64,000 nt of DNA from Thermodesulfobacteriota bacterium (lineage in GTDB: Bacteria > Desulfobacterota > Desulfarculia > JACQYL01), in assembly GCA_963675595.2 (NCBI GenBank), contig CAXXLZ010000002.1, positions 1,824,001 to 1,888,000 on the forward strand, given 5' to 3'. The notes under the pieces were generated by a model, which had not been told where the DNA came from, did not search any database, and saw only the letters and a program-made list of their open reading frames with translations. Below, in pieces: positions 17,159 to 26,865 of the stretch. The translations under genes were made by a program, and so were the position numbers. Numbering within the stretch: the stretch's first letter is position 1; every line of letters starts with the position of its first letter.

Positions 17159-19456
17159 TCAATAGAGGATGCTGTTCTCGGGAGCCAAAGAGCGCTCCAC
17201 AGAGGAACGAAGGGATTCGACTTTCTGCCGAAATTCGGCGGTCACGAAATCGGCTTCCTCGATATGTTCGATGACACGAGGAGTCAACAACAGCATGAGC
17301 TCGGTCTTGGTCACCTTCTCCTCGTAATATCCGAACAGCCACCCCACACCCGGCAGCTTGCTAAGGCCCGGCACGCCGGAACGATTCCGCGTATTCTCCC
17401 TGCTGATCAGCCCTCCGATGAGGACGGACTGACCGTCCTGCACCGTCAAGGAAGTGGTGGCCACCCGTTTGTAAAACACCGGGGAATTCACCCCTTCCAC
17501 CACCGTGGTGGTATCCAGGTTACTCACTTCCTGGTTGAGTTCCAATTTTACCAGGCCCTGATCGTTGATGTACGGAGTTACGGTCAGAATAATGCCCGTG
17601 TCTCGATATTCGATGTTCTGATCCCGGGTCGTGGTTCCGCCGGTGGTGGTGGTCGTGGCGTTGGTCGTCGTGGTTTCGCTGGTGACGATGGGCACCTCGC
17701 GGCTGATATCGATCTTGGCCTCCTGGTTGTTCGAGGCGATAATGTGAGGAGACGAAAGCACGTTCACTTTGTTCTCCGCCGCATAAGCCCGCAAGGCGCT
17801 GACGAACTCGTTGACATAGTTGATCGTGTAAACGAGGCCCGAAGTAATCGGCGGGCTGGACCCGGAGAGGCCGCTGCTCCATCCGATCTGGGAGCCCGTC
17901 CCTTGTGCCCCCAGTTTTGTCCATTCGAAGCCGAAGGCGTTACTGTCGTCCAAAGTGATTTCAGCGATGAGCACTTCAATGAGTACCTGACGCGGATAAA
18001 CATCCAACTCTCGCAGGGTCTTTAATATGGACTTGTAGTCACGGGGCGTGGCTCGAATCAGAATGGCGTTGTTGGTCTCATCGAAAACGAACTTCACTTC
18101 GCCCGTGGTCACACCGCCCACATCCCCCGCTGCCGAAGAGGGAGACGGAGGAGGGGCCGGCTGCCCGGGTTTGTTCGTCGCCCGTCTTGTGGTGGTGGTT
18201 GAGGACTTCTTCTTGGAGCTCTCCTTCTTCCCCTCCCCATAGATTTGCTCCAACACATCCACGATATCTTCGGCCTTGGAGTTCTGAACCCGATAGACGA
18301 AAACGCGTTCTTCGTTTTCGTGGGCCTCCGAGTCCAAAGTGTTGATCACCATTTCTATTTTCTCGAACAGCTCCGGCATGGAACTCACTACCAGAATCGA
18401 ATTAATCCTGGGAATGGGGGTGAAGCTGAAAGTGAAGTCCTGCCCCATGCGTTCCATCAGTTTGATGGACTCGAAGGCCGCCTTGAAGTCATCTCCGACA
18501 TCTTCGACACTGGCGTTTTCCAGGGTGTATAGACGAAAGTGCACATCCGCGAAACTGTTGATGTCCAAGGCATCCACAATGCTCCGGATCCGGACGACGT
18601 TTTCCGGATCGTCGGCCAGAAGCAGCAAGTTCAACAGAGGGAATTCGTAAAGCCCCGCACCCTCGCTCAAGAATGGACGGACCAGTTTGGCCACTTCGGC
18701 CACATTGACATACCGTACATGAATGGCTTCGATCACCAGTTTCCCCGTTTCGAGGCCCTTCAATCTCCTGATTTCCGGGGAAGTGATCTCCCCGCGCTTC
18801 AATGCCTCTCCCAGAGGAATGATCTCGTAGTAGCCGTTCTTCTTAATGGCCGCCACGCCGTTGAGCTCCAGCACGGTGTAGAATATCGCCTCCAATTGCT
18901 CCCGATTCAATTTGCTCTTGGTGTGGATGGTCACTTTGCCCCTGACTCGAGGATCCACCGTGTACGTCATTTCGAGAATCTCGGAGAAAACCTGCAGCAC
19001 TTCGTAGATATCAGCGCTCTCAAAATTGAGGACAATGTCCGGTGTCTCATCACCTTTGGAGGATTTCACCTTGGGTTGCCGTTTCGGAAGAGGCGAAGGC
19101 TCCATTCCGGCACTGGTGTGACCTGAAGGCAGGTCTTTGAAAGGCTGTCTCAACTTTTCAGGAATCTTCGGCGGCTCGGTAACCGACTCTCGCTCGGCCC
19201 GCCGCGTAGCGGGTTCCATCGACGGTTCACGACGCGGCGGCGAAGTCGGCGGCTGAGTGGTTGCGATTTGATCGAAGGCCCGCTTGGTCACGCGCACCAC
19301 ACCCTCCTCGGAAACGACTCCCTCGTCCACGCCCTTCACCTCAGCCGTGACCGAAGCATCCTTCCTTTGCGGCGCAGAAGCGCACGAAGCCAAAAGGCAC
19401 ATCGCCGACAGCAAAACCAGCCACTTCTTTGTGTTCAGCCCCAACATCATCCCCAA
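17159..19456 (-). CDS. gspD: Type II secretion secretin GspD (lipoprotein signal)
   Basis: LNFESADI N0 domain, QVLIEVLIAE, VLSSP, GIILTVTP and GVPGLSKLP..G.LF; lipobox LLASC. Confidence 0.92.
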   Translation of the reverse strand: MGMMLGLNTKKWLVLLSAMCLLASCASAPQRKDASVTAEVKGVDEGVVSEEGVVRVTKRAFDQIATTQPPTSPPRREPSMEPATRRAERESVTEPPKIPEKLRQPFKDLPSGHTSAGMEPSPLPKRQPKVKSSKGDETPDIVLNFESADIYEVLQVFSEILEMTYTVDPRVRGKVTIHTKSKLNREQLEAIFYTVLELNGVAAIKKNGYYEIIPLGEALKRGEITSPEIRRLKGLETGKLVIEAIHVRYVNVAEVAKLVRPFLSEGAGLYEFPLLNLLLLADDPENVVRIRSIVDALDINSFADVHFRLYTLENASVEDVGDDFKAAFESIKLMERMGQDFTFSFTPIPRINSILVVSSMPELFEKIEMVINTLDSEAHENEERVFVYRVQNSKAEDIVDVLEQIYGEGKKESSKKKSSTTTTRRATNKPGQPAPPPSPSSAAGDVGGVTTGEVKFVFDETNNAILIRATPRDYKSILKTLRELDVYPRQVLIEVLIAEITLDDSNAFGFEWTKLGAQGTGSQIGWSSGLSGSSPPITSGLVYTINYVNEFVSALRAYAAENKVNVLSSPHIIASNNQEAKIDISREVPIVTSETTTTNATTTTTGGTTTRDQNIEYRDTGIILTVTPYINDQGLVKLELNQEVSNLDTTTVVEGVNSPVFYKRVATTSLTVQDGQSVLIGGLISRENTRNRSGVPGLSKLPGVGWLFGYYEEKVTKTELMLLLTPRVIEHIEEADFVTAEFRQKVESLRSSVERSLAPENSILY

Positions 19457-19576
19457 TCCGTTCTGTAAACCCGTTCTATAGAAACGACTTGACCTGAAGG
19501 ATCAACGAAGGATCATCCGCCGACGTCGATTCCCGCACACCCGGCCGCAAGAGGTGTCCGCAAGCTTCTTCGGACC

Positions 19577-20167
19577 TCAGGGTTCTTTCTTCTTGTCGTT
19601 GTCCTCCGCGGGAACCACTCCTGCCTTGTCCTTACTCAAACGAACTTCCAGCTTGTCCTCTCCACGGGCCACCAATATCCCCTCGTCTTCCACTTTCTCG
19701 ATCAGGAAATCCCGAACCTTTTGTCCTTCCGATACCATTTTCGTGACCAGCTTGACCCGCTTGGTTTCCTTGTCTTTATCAAGAAAACTGATGAGAGCCA
19801 ATTTCTTTTGCCCCGTCACGGCCACCCCGAGCAACTTGAATTTCCGATCGAAGTCCTCCTCACTCTTGGCCTGGGTCCTGCCCCCCGACGACTTCGGGTT
19901 GTCCGTTTCAACCTCCTTGCGATCCATTCGGAACAAATTCAGGTCGATGACCTGTTGATAAAACTCAAACGGATGATCGGGGTTCGGAGTGAACAAACCC
20001 GTTGAGAAATCGGGAACTTCGATTTTGCCGGCGTCCGCGCGCGCTTCCTTCTCTTGAAGCCGGGGTTCCGGGTTGAAATTTTCCCATTGCTTCGTCAGCA
20101 GCACGGAGAGAAAGCCCACCACAACCAGAAGGAACAGGTTGATGGGAGCCAGGTAGTTCCGAATCAT
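19577..20167 (-). CDS. T2SS GspC-like protein (TM plus HR domain)
   Basis: N-terminal TM, NLF..R, FKLLGV and beta-rich HR/PilP-like C-terminus; lies between gspM and gspD. Confidence 0.6.
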   Translation of the reverse strand: MIRNYLAPINLFLLVVVGFLSVLLTKQWENFNPEPRLQEKEARADAGKIEVPDFSTGLFTPNPDHPFEFYQQVIDLNLFRMDRKEVETDNPKSSGGRTQAKSEEDFDRKFKLLGVAVTGQKKLALISFLDKDKETKRVKLVTKMVSEGQKVRDFLIEKVEDEGILVARGEDKLEVRLSKDKAGVVPAEDNDKKKEP

Positions 20168-20724
20168 GGCTGCACCGTCTTCATCAACCCGCTCACCGTC
20201 ATATCCACCCGAATGTAGGAATTCCCCCGCCCGGACGAGTTTACCTTAAATTCAGGGACCAGAAACAGGTACTTGTGGTTGAACAGCGCGTAAAGAATTT
20301 TCGACAGGCTGGTAACAGTGGAGTCCATTTCCACTTTGATCTTGATTTCCTGGTAAGGTCCCACGGTGCCTTCCTGGAGCATCCTGGTGCGTCTGATCGA
20401 AACACCTTCGGCTTCCGTAATCTCGCTGAGTATCTTCTGAATCTCGGCCCCGATCAAAGAAGGGCGCTCCCCCTTGAACATTCTCTTCTCAAGGTTTTCC
20501 AAAGTGGAGATGTGGGCCCGATACGCACTACTGAGCGATTCCGCATCCTGTAGACGACGGTGGGCCTGGTCCATCTTCGCACTCAGCAGATCGATACGGG
20601 TCAACGTGGCGCGATAATCGCCGTACAGCGGTTCCCAGGCCAGTAGATAAACGGCCGCCACTACCAGGACCACTCCCCCGACCATAATCAGAATCCGCAT
20701 CCTCTCGCTCATTTTGGAAAACAT
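20164..20724 (-). CDS. gspM: T2SS GspM/PilO-like protein
   Basis: SER.R N-terminus, TM, coiled coil, ferredoxin-like C-terminus; operon position. Confidence 0.75.
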   Translation of the reverse strand: MFSKMSERMRILIMVGGVVLVVAAVYLLAWEPLYGDYRATLTRIDLLSAKMDQAHRRLQDAESLSSAYRAHISTLENLEKRMFKGERPSLIGAEIQKILSEITEAEGVSIRRTRMLQEGTVGPYQEIKIKVEMDSTVTSLSKILYALFNHKYLFLVPEFKVNSSGRGNSYIRVDMTVSGLMKTVQP

Positions 20725-20726
20725 GA

Positions 20727-22097
20727 CTAGTCTTCGATCTTCATCGTAATGTTGAAATTCTCGAGAGTTCCCCGTTTCACCACCGGCGATGTGAACTCCA
20801 CGTCCTTGAAATTGGGAGAATTCTCCAGCACCGGAATCAGCTCGGACGCGTTCTTTGAGTAACCTTGAATCTGGATGACGTCGTTTTTCAGCTCAAAGTT
20901 CTGGACCCAGGCATGCTCCGGCACCAGCGGCGTGAGATGCAGCAGAACGTTTAGTGCATTGTGTCTGGGCACACGCGTCAGTGCTTCCATATCCGAACGA
21001 ATGCGGTTGATTTGTTCGCGTTTCCGCTCCAGCGCCTGCAGTTGCGGCGCGAGCGCATTGTACTTCTGCTCCAGTATCTTGAGCGAATCACGAGCCTGCA
21101 GGTAGGGAGTCAATAGAATGGCCATCCCGGCCATCAGGGTCAGAACCCCCAGAAACGCGAACAGGTAGATTCCTCCCATCTTCTTTCGCCTGCGTTTTTC
21201 AGGAGGCAATAAATCCAGACCGGGGGAAGGGCTCCCCATCTCCCGCAGGCCCGCTCCCATTCCATGAAAGACCCCCGGCGTATACCGAGGCCAACCGGAC
21301 TGCTGAAACGTTTCGGCCAGGTCGAGGAGGTGAAAAGGCTCCGGAAGCTCCTCTTCGTTTCCGGTCTCATCGGCGCCCATTGAAACACAGAAAACGGACC
21401 GAGCCTGCTGCATACCGTTCATCACCGCTCTTCCCCGGTCGGATAGAAGCTCCTTCAGACTTTCGTCGGGATTTCTCGAAATCCTTTTCCATTCCAGAGC
21501 GGCAGGGTCGTTCCACAGGGAAATCTCCCAGGACTTATCATCAGGGTGAACCAGCATCAGAGGGAACTGGAGCCTCTTTTTGCGGGCCAGCCACGAGACC
21601 GCCGGGATCTTGGCCGACACGGCAGGTTCGATCCTGACCAGGTTCAAACCCATTCTTTCGGTAATGCCTCTGTAATACTCATAACGCGCTCTCTGCAACG
21701 TCGCCAGGAGCACATGGACGTCCTCGGAGACTCCCTTGGTTCGCTTCAACACAAGGAAATCGAACAGGGCGTCCTCCCTTTTGAACGGAAAGTAGTTCTC
21801 GAATTCATATTCGAGCACCTGATCAAGATTCTCGCTTGCGGCCGCCGGAAGCACGACCTTCTTGAAAAGAAGTTCCCGGTCCGGAATCACCAGTACCAAT
21901 TCCTTCGGTCTGATCCGGTTGATGAGCAAATACTCGACGATTTTCCCGGCAACGGCCTCCCTGGAACGGTCTCCGGTTTCATTGGGAGGATAGGGAAAGG
22001 AGGCGGTCCTTTTGACGACGCGCCTGCCGATGCCTGCGGTTAGGTGCACCAGCACCGCTTCCCGGGAATTGAAATATAAGGTGAGCGTTTCAATCAA
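20727..22097 (-). CDS. gspL: T2SS GspL/PilN-like protein
   Basis: LPAAA.ENL.QVL.YE....PF, DLLP motif, TM, and PilN-like C-terminus (IQGYS..A..L...LE.S). Confidence 0.8.
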   Translation of the reverse strand: MIETLTLYFNSREAVLVHLTAGIGRRVVKRTASFPYPPNETGDRSREAVAGKIVEYLLINRIRPKELVLVIPDRELLFKKVVLPAAASENLDQVLEYEFENYFPFKREDALFDFLVLKRTKGVSEDVHVLLATLQRARYEYYRGITERMGLNLVRIEPAVSAKIPAVSWLARKKRLQFPLMLVHPDDKSWEISLWNDPAALEWKRISRNPDESLKELLSDRGRAVMNGMQQARSVFCVSMGADETGNEEELPEPFHLLDLAETFQQSGWPRYTPGVFHGMGAGLREMGSPSPGLDLLPPEKRRRKKMGGIYLFAFLGVLTLMAGMAILLTPYLQARDSLKILEQKYNALAPQLQALERKREQINRIRSDMEALTRVPRHNALNVLLHLTPLVPEHAWVQNFELKNDVIQIQGYSKNASELIPVLENSPNFKDVEFTSPVVKRGTLENFNITMKIED

Positions 22098-22316
22098 AGC
22101 GTTTCAGTCCTTTTTGCTCATCTAACGGGCATTCCGGCTATTCCATTTCCATGCAGAGGAGTCTTGTATCCCATCGCCGTTCCAGGACAGGCTCAAGTGA
22201 TCGAGGCACGTCATGGGAACAAAGCTCAACCAACGTTCATGGATCCCGAAAATCGAATTCCTGCCATCGTGAAAAGCGGAGAGGCCTTTGGTGGCCTGCG
22301 GCGACATGCGTCTCCA

Positions 22317-23375
22317 TCAAAATGCCGCATCCACCCAGCGTAACACGGTGTAGGGGTCCTTCTTGGAATCCGCATTGAACTCGACCACTGCGTATATTTC
22401 CTGGACCGCCCCGTTTCCGGTAGTGCCCCGACTTCGAACGGTGAAGCGTTTTCCCGTCTTCTCCAACGATGCATACTCCTGAACCGCGTTGTATACGTCG
22501 TCGCCCAAAGCTCTGCGGTAATCGTCCGCATCCAGAAACTCGGCGCCGCGCGTGTCCCGCAATTCGAGTATCCGGTTCACTAGACCGGGAGTCAGAAAGG
22601 GAACGGCCAGCAAGACTTCTTTGGGGGCCGAGTTCAGATTGATTTTCCCCGAAGTGTTGTAAATGGTGAGGCAATCCGCGAACCGCACAGACGAAGAGCG
22701 GCGTTTCTTACTTTTTTCCTCGGAGTCCGATTTCAATTTGGGCAAATCGCCTTCTTTGGACAGGTCTCGATACATCAATTCTTCGGTCATGCCGCGGACC
22801 AGCAGCAACTCTTCCACACTTTCAAAATCCCCGTTGCGTGCTTTGTACGGCGGGTCCAGTTTCTCGTAGTAGTCGTCTTCCGCTCCGTTCATCCGATGTA
22901 GGTTATCAGCGTCCCGCCAATCCTCGATGGAGTCCAGCAGAACACTCCGGTCCTCGGATTCCAAGCCGGAAAGCTCCAGAAAACTGCGTAAAACGGTGGA
23001 ATTCGACTTATTCAGATCGATCTTGCCTTCTTCCGAGAACATCTGCAGGGTGATCCGGTCCTCTCCCACCTCAACCACGTTCTCCGTTCCATCGAACACC
23101 CAGAGGTCTTCCTTTTCCGTCTGTAATTCGCTCAAACTGTCGGTTTTGGACTTCTCAACATAATCGTTTCTGCGCTGAAACTCCGCCACAGCCAGATCCA
23201 GCCCGGACAGCGCCAAGAAGTAGGCCCTGGCCCCGTCCAGGTAATTCCTGCTGATCCGCGCCTCCAGCCTCATATTGGAAGCGAAGTCAAAAGCCATCAC
23301 CGTGAGGAACACCGCAATCCAAAGAACAATGATAAGAGCAAAGCCCTGCTGCTTTCGCACAGGATTCCCGCACAT
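22317..23375 (-). CDS. gspK: T2SS minor pseudopilin GspK
   Basis: G|FALIIVLW, E.GKIDLN, DWRDAD, GAE..YY, EELLLVRG and KINLNSA; GAGG RBS before ATG 23375. Confidence 0.9.
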   Translation of the reverse strand: MCGNPVRKQQGFALIIVLWIAVFLTVMAFDFASNMRLEARISRNYLDGARAYFLALSGLDLAVAEFQRRNDYVEKSKTDSLSELQTEKEDLWVFDGTENVVEVGEDRITLQMFSEEGKIDLNKSNSTVLRSFLELSGLESEDRSVLLDSIEDWRDADNLHRMNGAEDDYYEKLDPPYKARNGDFESVEELLLVRGMTEELMYRDLSKEGDLPKLKSDSEEKSKKRRSSSVRFADCLTIYNTSGKINLNSAPKEVLLAVPFLTPGLVNRILELRDTRGAEFLDADDYRRALGDDVYNAVQEYASLEKTGKRFTVRSRGTTGNGAVQEIYAVVEFNADSKKDPYTVLRWVDAAF

Positions 23376-23493
23376 GCACCGCCTCTTTTCAAAGACGCGA
23401 AACACCCGGCGTTCGCGGCTGCCGTCGCTCCAAGCACGCCCCACTACAACCGGCGTCCCACGGGAAGCGCACACTCCATATTCCCCCGATCCG

Positions 23494-24216
23494 CTATTTC
23501 TTAACGGATTTCGTCCTGATAATCATTTGCATGGAATGGGACACATCGTCATCGGGATCCTCTTCTCCCAAAACCAGAGCGACCCTGCCGGGCATGGCTT
23601 TCTCGTCCTCATCCCAAGAATCCTCCCAGTCTCCCTCCTCTTCGCTCTCTTTGGCCGCGTCGCTCTTGAAGTAATGGAAAACCGGCATGGTCTTCACGGT
23701 GAACAAGGCCTCATAGTCATCCTCATCCACGTCTTCATCAAGCTGGTCCGCGTCCAGAAGTTGCTCCTCGTAAACCATGAGGTCGTAGGTTTCGTCCTCG
23801 GATTCCCGCACTTCGTAACGTACGCGAAACAGGCCCCTTCTGCCGCCCCAGCGGAGAGAATAGGCACTTACGAACTCGACGGAGTCCTCTTCTCCTTTGA
23901 AAGAAGTCGGACTTTTCTTTCCTTTGTACGGATAGGCGCTCCTGATTTGCCTGGCCAGTTGTTCCCAGCCGTACACCTGGTCCTGAGTCGCTTCGATAAT
24001 CTCGTCGGCTTTCTCATAGGAACGGGCCGCGACATGGAAGGTGCCGAAAACGGCGGCGACGATCATCGCCAGAATCGTCAGGCTGACCAACAGCTCCAGT
24101 AAGGTGAATCCCGCCTCCGAACCTACATCCGTTCGGGTCCAAGGCCATCCCCCGATTCTCGGGCCGTATGTGGTTTCCATGACGCGAGAAGAACGGTTCC
24201 CGGTCCCCGTGGTCAT
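23494..24216 (-). CDS. gspJ: T2SS minor pseudopilin GspJ
   Basis: G|FTLLELLV N-methylation motif; start overlaps the gspI stop (ATGA). Confidence 0.8.
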   Translation of the reverse strand: MTTGTGNRSSRVMETTYGPRIGGWPWTRTDVGSEAGFTLLELLVSLTILAMIVAAVFGTFHVAARSYEKADEIIEATQDQVYGWEQLARQIRSAYPYKGKKSPTSFKGEEDSVEFVSAYSLRWGGRRGLFRVRYEVRESEDETYDLMVYEEQLLDADQLDEDVDEDDYEALFTVKTMPVFHYFKSDAAKESEEEGDWEDSWDEDEKAMPGRVALVLGEEDPDDDVSHSMQMIIRTKSVKK

Positions 24217-24644
24217 TTGGTCACCACCACCTCTGTGCCGCTTTTGGGAACCGTTTTGAAGGCTTTGAACTCGACGGATTTCGTCCGCTTTCCACTCTCC
24301 CAGCGGACCCTTAGAACACAAAGATAGACTTTCAGCGGGAAGGACTCTTCCTCATCTTCATATTTCGAGTAGGGAGTGATCGTCACGTCCCACTGGTAAC
24401 CGTCTTCCAGCTCTCCTCCGGCAGGCCAGTCTTCGTTTTTGAACATCTTATCGCGGTTCAGAAGCAGTTCAAACTCACGCTTGCCCAAGATGGAAGCCCG
24501 AGCGAACTCTTTGGAAGCGGATGCCGAATGCATCGATGTGGCCAGCAACTCCAAAGCCGTGGTCACAACAATGCCCATAATGGTCATGGCCACCATGACT
24601 TCGAGCAGGGTAAAGCCGCCGTTTTCACTCTTCTTCCTGCGCAT
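24213..24644 (-). CDS. gspI: T2SS minor pseudopilin GspI
   Basis: G|FTLLEVMVA motif and operon position. Confidence 0.8.
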   Translation of the reverse strand: MRRKKSENGGFTLLEVMVAMTIMGIVVTTALELLATSMHSASASKEFARASILGKREFELLLNRDKMFKNEDWPAGGELEDGYQWDVTITPYSKYEDEEESFPLKVYLCVLRVRWESGKRTKSVEFKAFKTVPKSGTEVVVTK

Positions 24645-25251
24645 CCGTCAATCCGACCTTACCGTTCAGAGAGCTGATCCGGATCAAATATTCCTTGCCT
24701 CGGGAATCTTCAATCAGAAGTTCCCCACCACTTGAGGTGCCGAGAGGATAGAAAACGATCCGGGCCGGTTCGCCTTCCTCCCCTCCGTATTCCCCGGTTT
24801 CCACATCCTTGATCGTTAGAGAGGGGGGCAACTCTATCAGTTTGGGCTGGAACACGGGCCGATCATCACTCTCAACCGCGTTCTCTTCATCGGACGCCCC
24901 CTCATCGTTTTCATCGGATTCTTCAGCGCCTTCGTCCTTTTCCCGCATGACACGCAAAGTCCCGTTTTCCGCGTCAATCAGCACCAGCATGTTCTCGCCT
25001 CGAAACACGGCCTCCGCTCTGGCCTGCCGCATGGCGGCCATTGCCGCTCGTAATCCGCTCCGGTGCTGCAGGAAATCGAGACTCGCTCCGAACCTGGGAA
25101 TCACCAACGCCGCGGAAATGCCGATAACGACCAGGACGACCATCAGTTCCATGAGGGTGAACCCCCAAGGAACCCTGTTACTGGCCGAGGGCTTTCCAGC
25201 TGACGATGTCGACGCTGTTGCCTTCGCCTCCGGGTTGGCCGTCCTCACCAT
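24625..25251 (-). CDS. gspH: T2SS minor pseudopilin GspH/FimT-like (start uncertain)
   Basis: G|FTLMELMVV, AR.EA and IVFYP.G..SGG motifs. Confidence 0.78.
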   Translation of the reverse strand: MVRTANPEAKATASTSSAGKPSASNRVPWGFTLMELMVVLVVIGISAALVIPRFGASLDFLQHRSGLRAAMAAMRQARAEAVFRGENMLVLIDAENGTLRVMREKDEGAEESDENDEGASDEENAVESDDRPVFQPKLIELPPSLTIKDVETGEYGGEEGEPARIVFYPLGTSSGGELLIEDSRGKEYLIRISSLNGKVGLTDAQEEE

Positions 25252-25612
25252 AGGAGAGGATGTCATAGTCTCCGTGCTCACCTGGATATACGTACACGTA
25301 TTCGTTGCCCCATGGGTCTTTGGGGATTTCTTTCTGCAGATAGGGACCCGCCCAGGATGTAACGTCCGAGGGCTTTTCCATCAGGGCTCCCAGTCCCTGA
25401 TCGGACGAGGGGTACTTGCCCGTATCCAGCCGATAGGTCTCCAAAGCACTCGAAAAGATCTCAATTTGGGCCTTTGCGGCCTGTTGCCTGGCCGTATCCA
25501 CCCTGCTGAACAGCCGAGGCCCGACGAGCGCCGCAAGCAACCCGATGATGATGAGGACCACGAGAAGTTCGATCAGGGTGAAACCCTTGGATCGGTCCAT
25601 CTTTTTCATCAA
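25178..25612 (-). CDS. gspG: T2SS major pseudopilin GspG
   Basis: G|FTLIELLVV, Y.LD.G.YP, GL.AL, W.GPYL, DPWG..Y and SYG.DG motifs. Confidence 0.95.
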   Translation of the reverse strand: MMKKMDRSKGFTLIELLVVLIIIGLLAALVGPRLFSRVDTARQQAAKAQIEIFSSALETYRLDTGKYPSSDQGLGALMEKPSDVTSWAGPYLQKEIPKDPWGNEYVYVYPGEHGDYDILSYGEDGQPGGEGNSVDIVSWKALGQ

Positions 25613-25634
25613 TGACTTCCTCCTTTGGGATTGG

Positions 25635-26861
25635 TTAAACCGCCATCTGGTTAATGCTGAAAATAGCCGACAGCATGCTCACCACAACAAATCCAATCAG
25701 CACCGCCACAAGCAGAATCATCATCGGTTCCATCAGAGAAATCGTACGCTTCACGGCGTTACGAAACTCCTGGTCGTAATTATCCGCCACCTGAAGCAGC
25801 ATATTGTCCAATGTGCCCGTCTCCTCTCCCACCTGGATCAAATGCAGGGCCAGAGGAGGAAACACTTTGCTTCGAGCCAAAGGCACGGCGATCCCTTTAC
25901 CCCCCTTCACATCCGAGCTCACCGCGCCCAGTGCAAGGGCGATCACCCGGTTCTGAAGCACGTCCCTGACGATGTTCAGGGCCTGCAGGAAAGGCACGCC
26001 GCTACTCATGAGGGTGCCCAGAGTTCTCGCGAAACGAGCCGTTTCCACCTTTCGAACCAGCCCTCCCACAACGGGGAGGCGAAGTTTGAGTTGATCCCAC
26101 TGGAATCTGCCGGTTTCGCTTGAGACGTACCGGCGCACCACAATCCCCGCAGTGATCAGGAGGAGAGCCAAGGCCCACCAATAGGAGCGAACAAAGCCGC
26201 TCACGGCCAACAGGATCGTGGTGGAAAGCGGCAGAGACTGGCCCACGGTTTCAAAGATGCTCTGAAATTTGGGAATCACGTAGGCCATGAGAATCATCAT
26301 GGAAACTCCGCCCACCCCGATCAACAAGACGGGATAGACCAATGCGGAAGTGATGCTTTCCTTCAGATCCTGAAGTCTCGCCATGTACTCCTCCAGGCGC
26401 CTGAGCATCACATCCAGCACACCTCCCATCTCTCCGGACCGGACCATGGCGACGTAGAGTTTGGGAAAAATCCGAGGGTGCGCCTCAAACGCGTCGGCAA
26501 GACTGTCACCGCCTTCAACTTTGAGTAATACTTCCCGAATAATCCGGGCAAAACCTTTCTTCTCGGCGATTTCGGCAAGAATGGCCAAGCATCGGTCCAG
26601 CGGGATGCCGGCCTTGACCAGTGTGTGAAATTCTTGAGTGAAAATGAGCAGATCTTTCGGGGTGACCCGGTCGCCCAGTCCGGGCAACTTGATCTCCATC
26701 TTCAGAGAGAGCCCGGACCCTAATCCCCTTTCGCCGACGCGAAGGGGAATCTGCCCGGAAGCCTGGATCAACCGGATCGCCTCCGCCTTGTTGGCGGCCT
26801 CCAAAGCGCCCTCGGTGATCTTCCCGTCCTTCCCGGCCGACCTGTACTTGAACGTGGGCAT
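25635..26861 (-). CDS. gspF: T2SS inner membrane platform protein GspF
   Basis: F.Y.....G.....G..EA, GE..G.L (twice), ALVYP, F.RTL.TL..SGV and L.EP motifs. Confidence 0.93.
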   Translation of the reverse strand: MPTFKYRSAGKDGKITEGALEAANKAEAIRLIQASGQIPLRVGERGLGSGLSLKMEIKLPGLGDRVTPKDLLIFTQEFHTLVKAGIPLDRCLAILAEIAEKKGFARIIREVLLKVEGGDSLADAFEAHPRIFPKLYVAMVRSGEMGGVLDVMLRRLEEYMARLQDLKESITSALVYPVLLIGVGGVSMMILMAYVIPKFQSIFETVGQSLPLSTTILLAVSGFVRSYWWALALLLITAGIVVRRYVSSETGRFQWDQLKLRLPVVGGLVRKVETARFARTLGTLMSSGVPFLQALNIVRDVLQNRVIALALGAVSSDVKGGKGIAVPLARSKVFPPLALHLIQVGEETGTLDNMLLQVADNYDQEFRNAVKRTISLMEPMMILLVAVLIGFVVVSMLSAIFSINQMAV

Positions 26862-26865
26862 GAGA

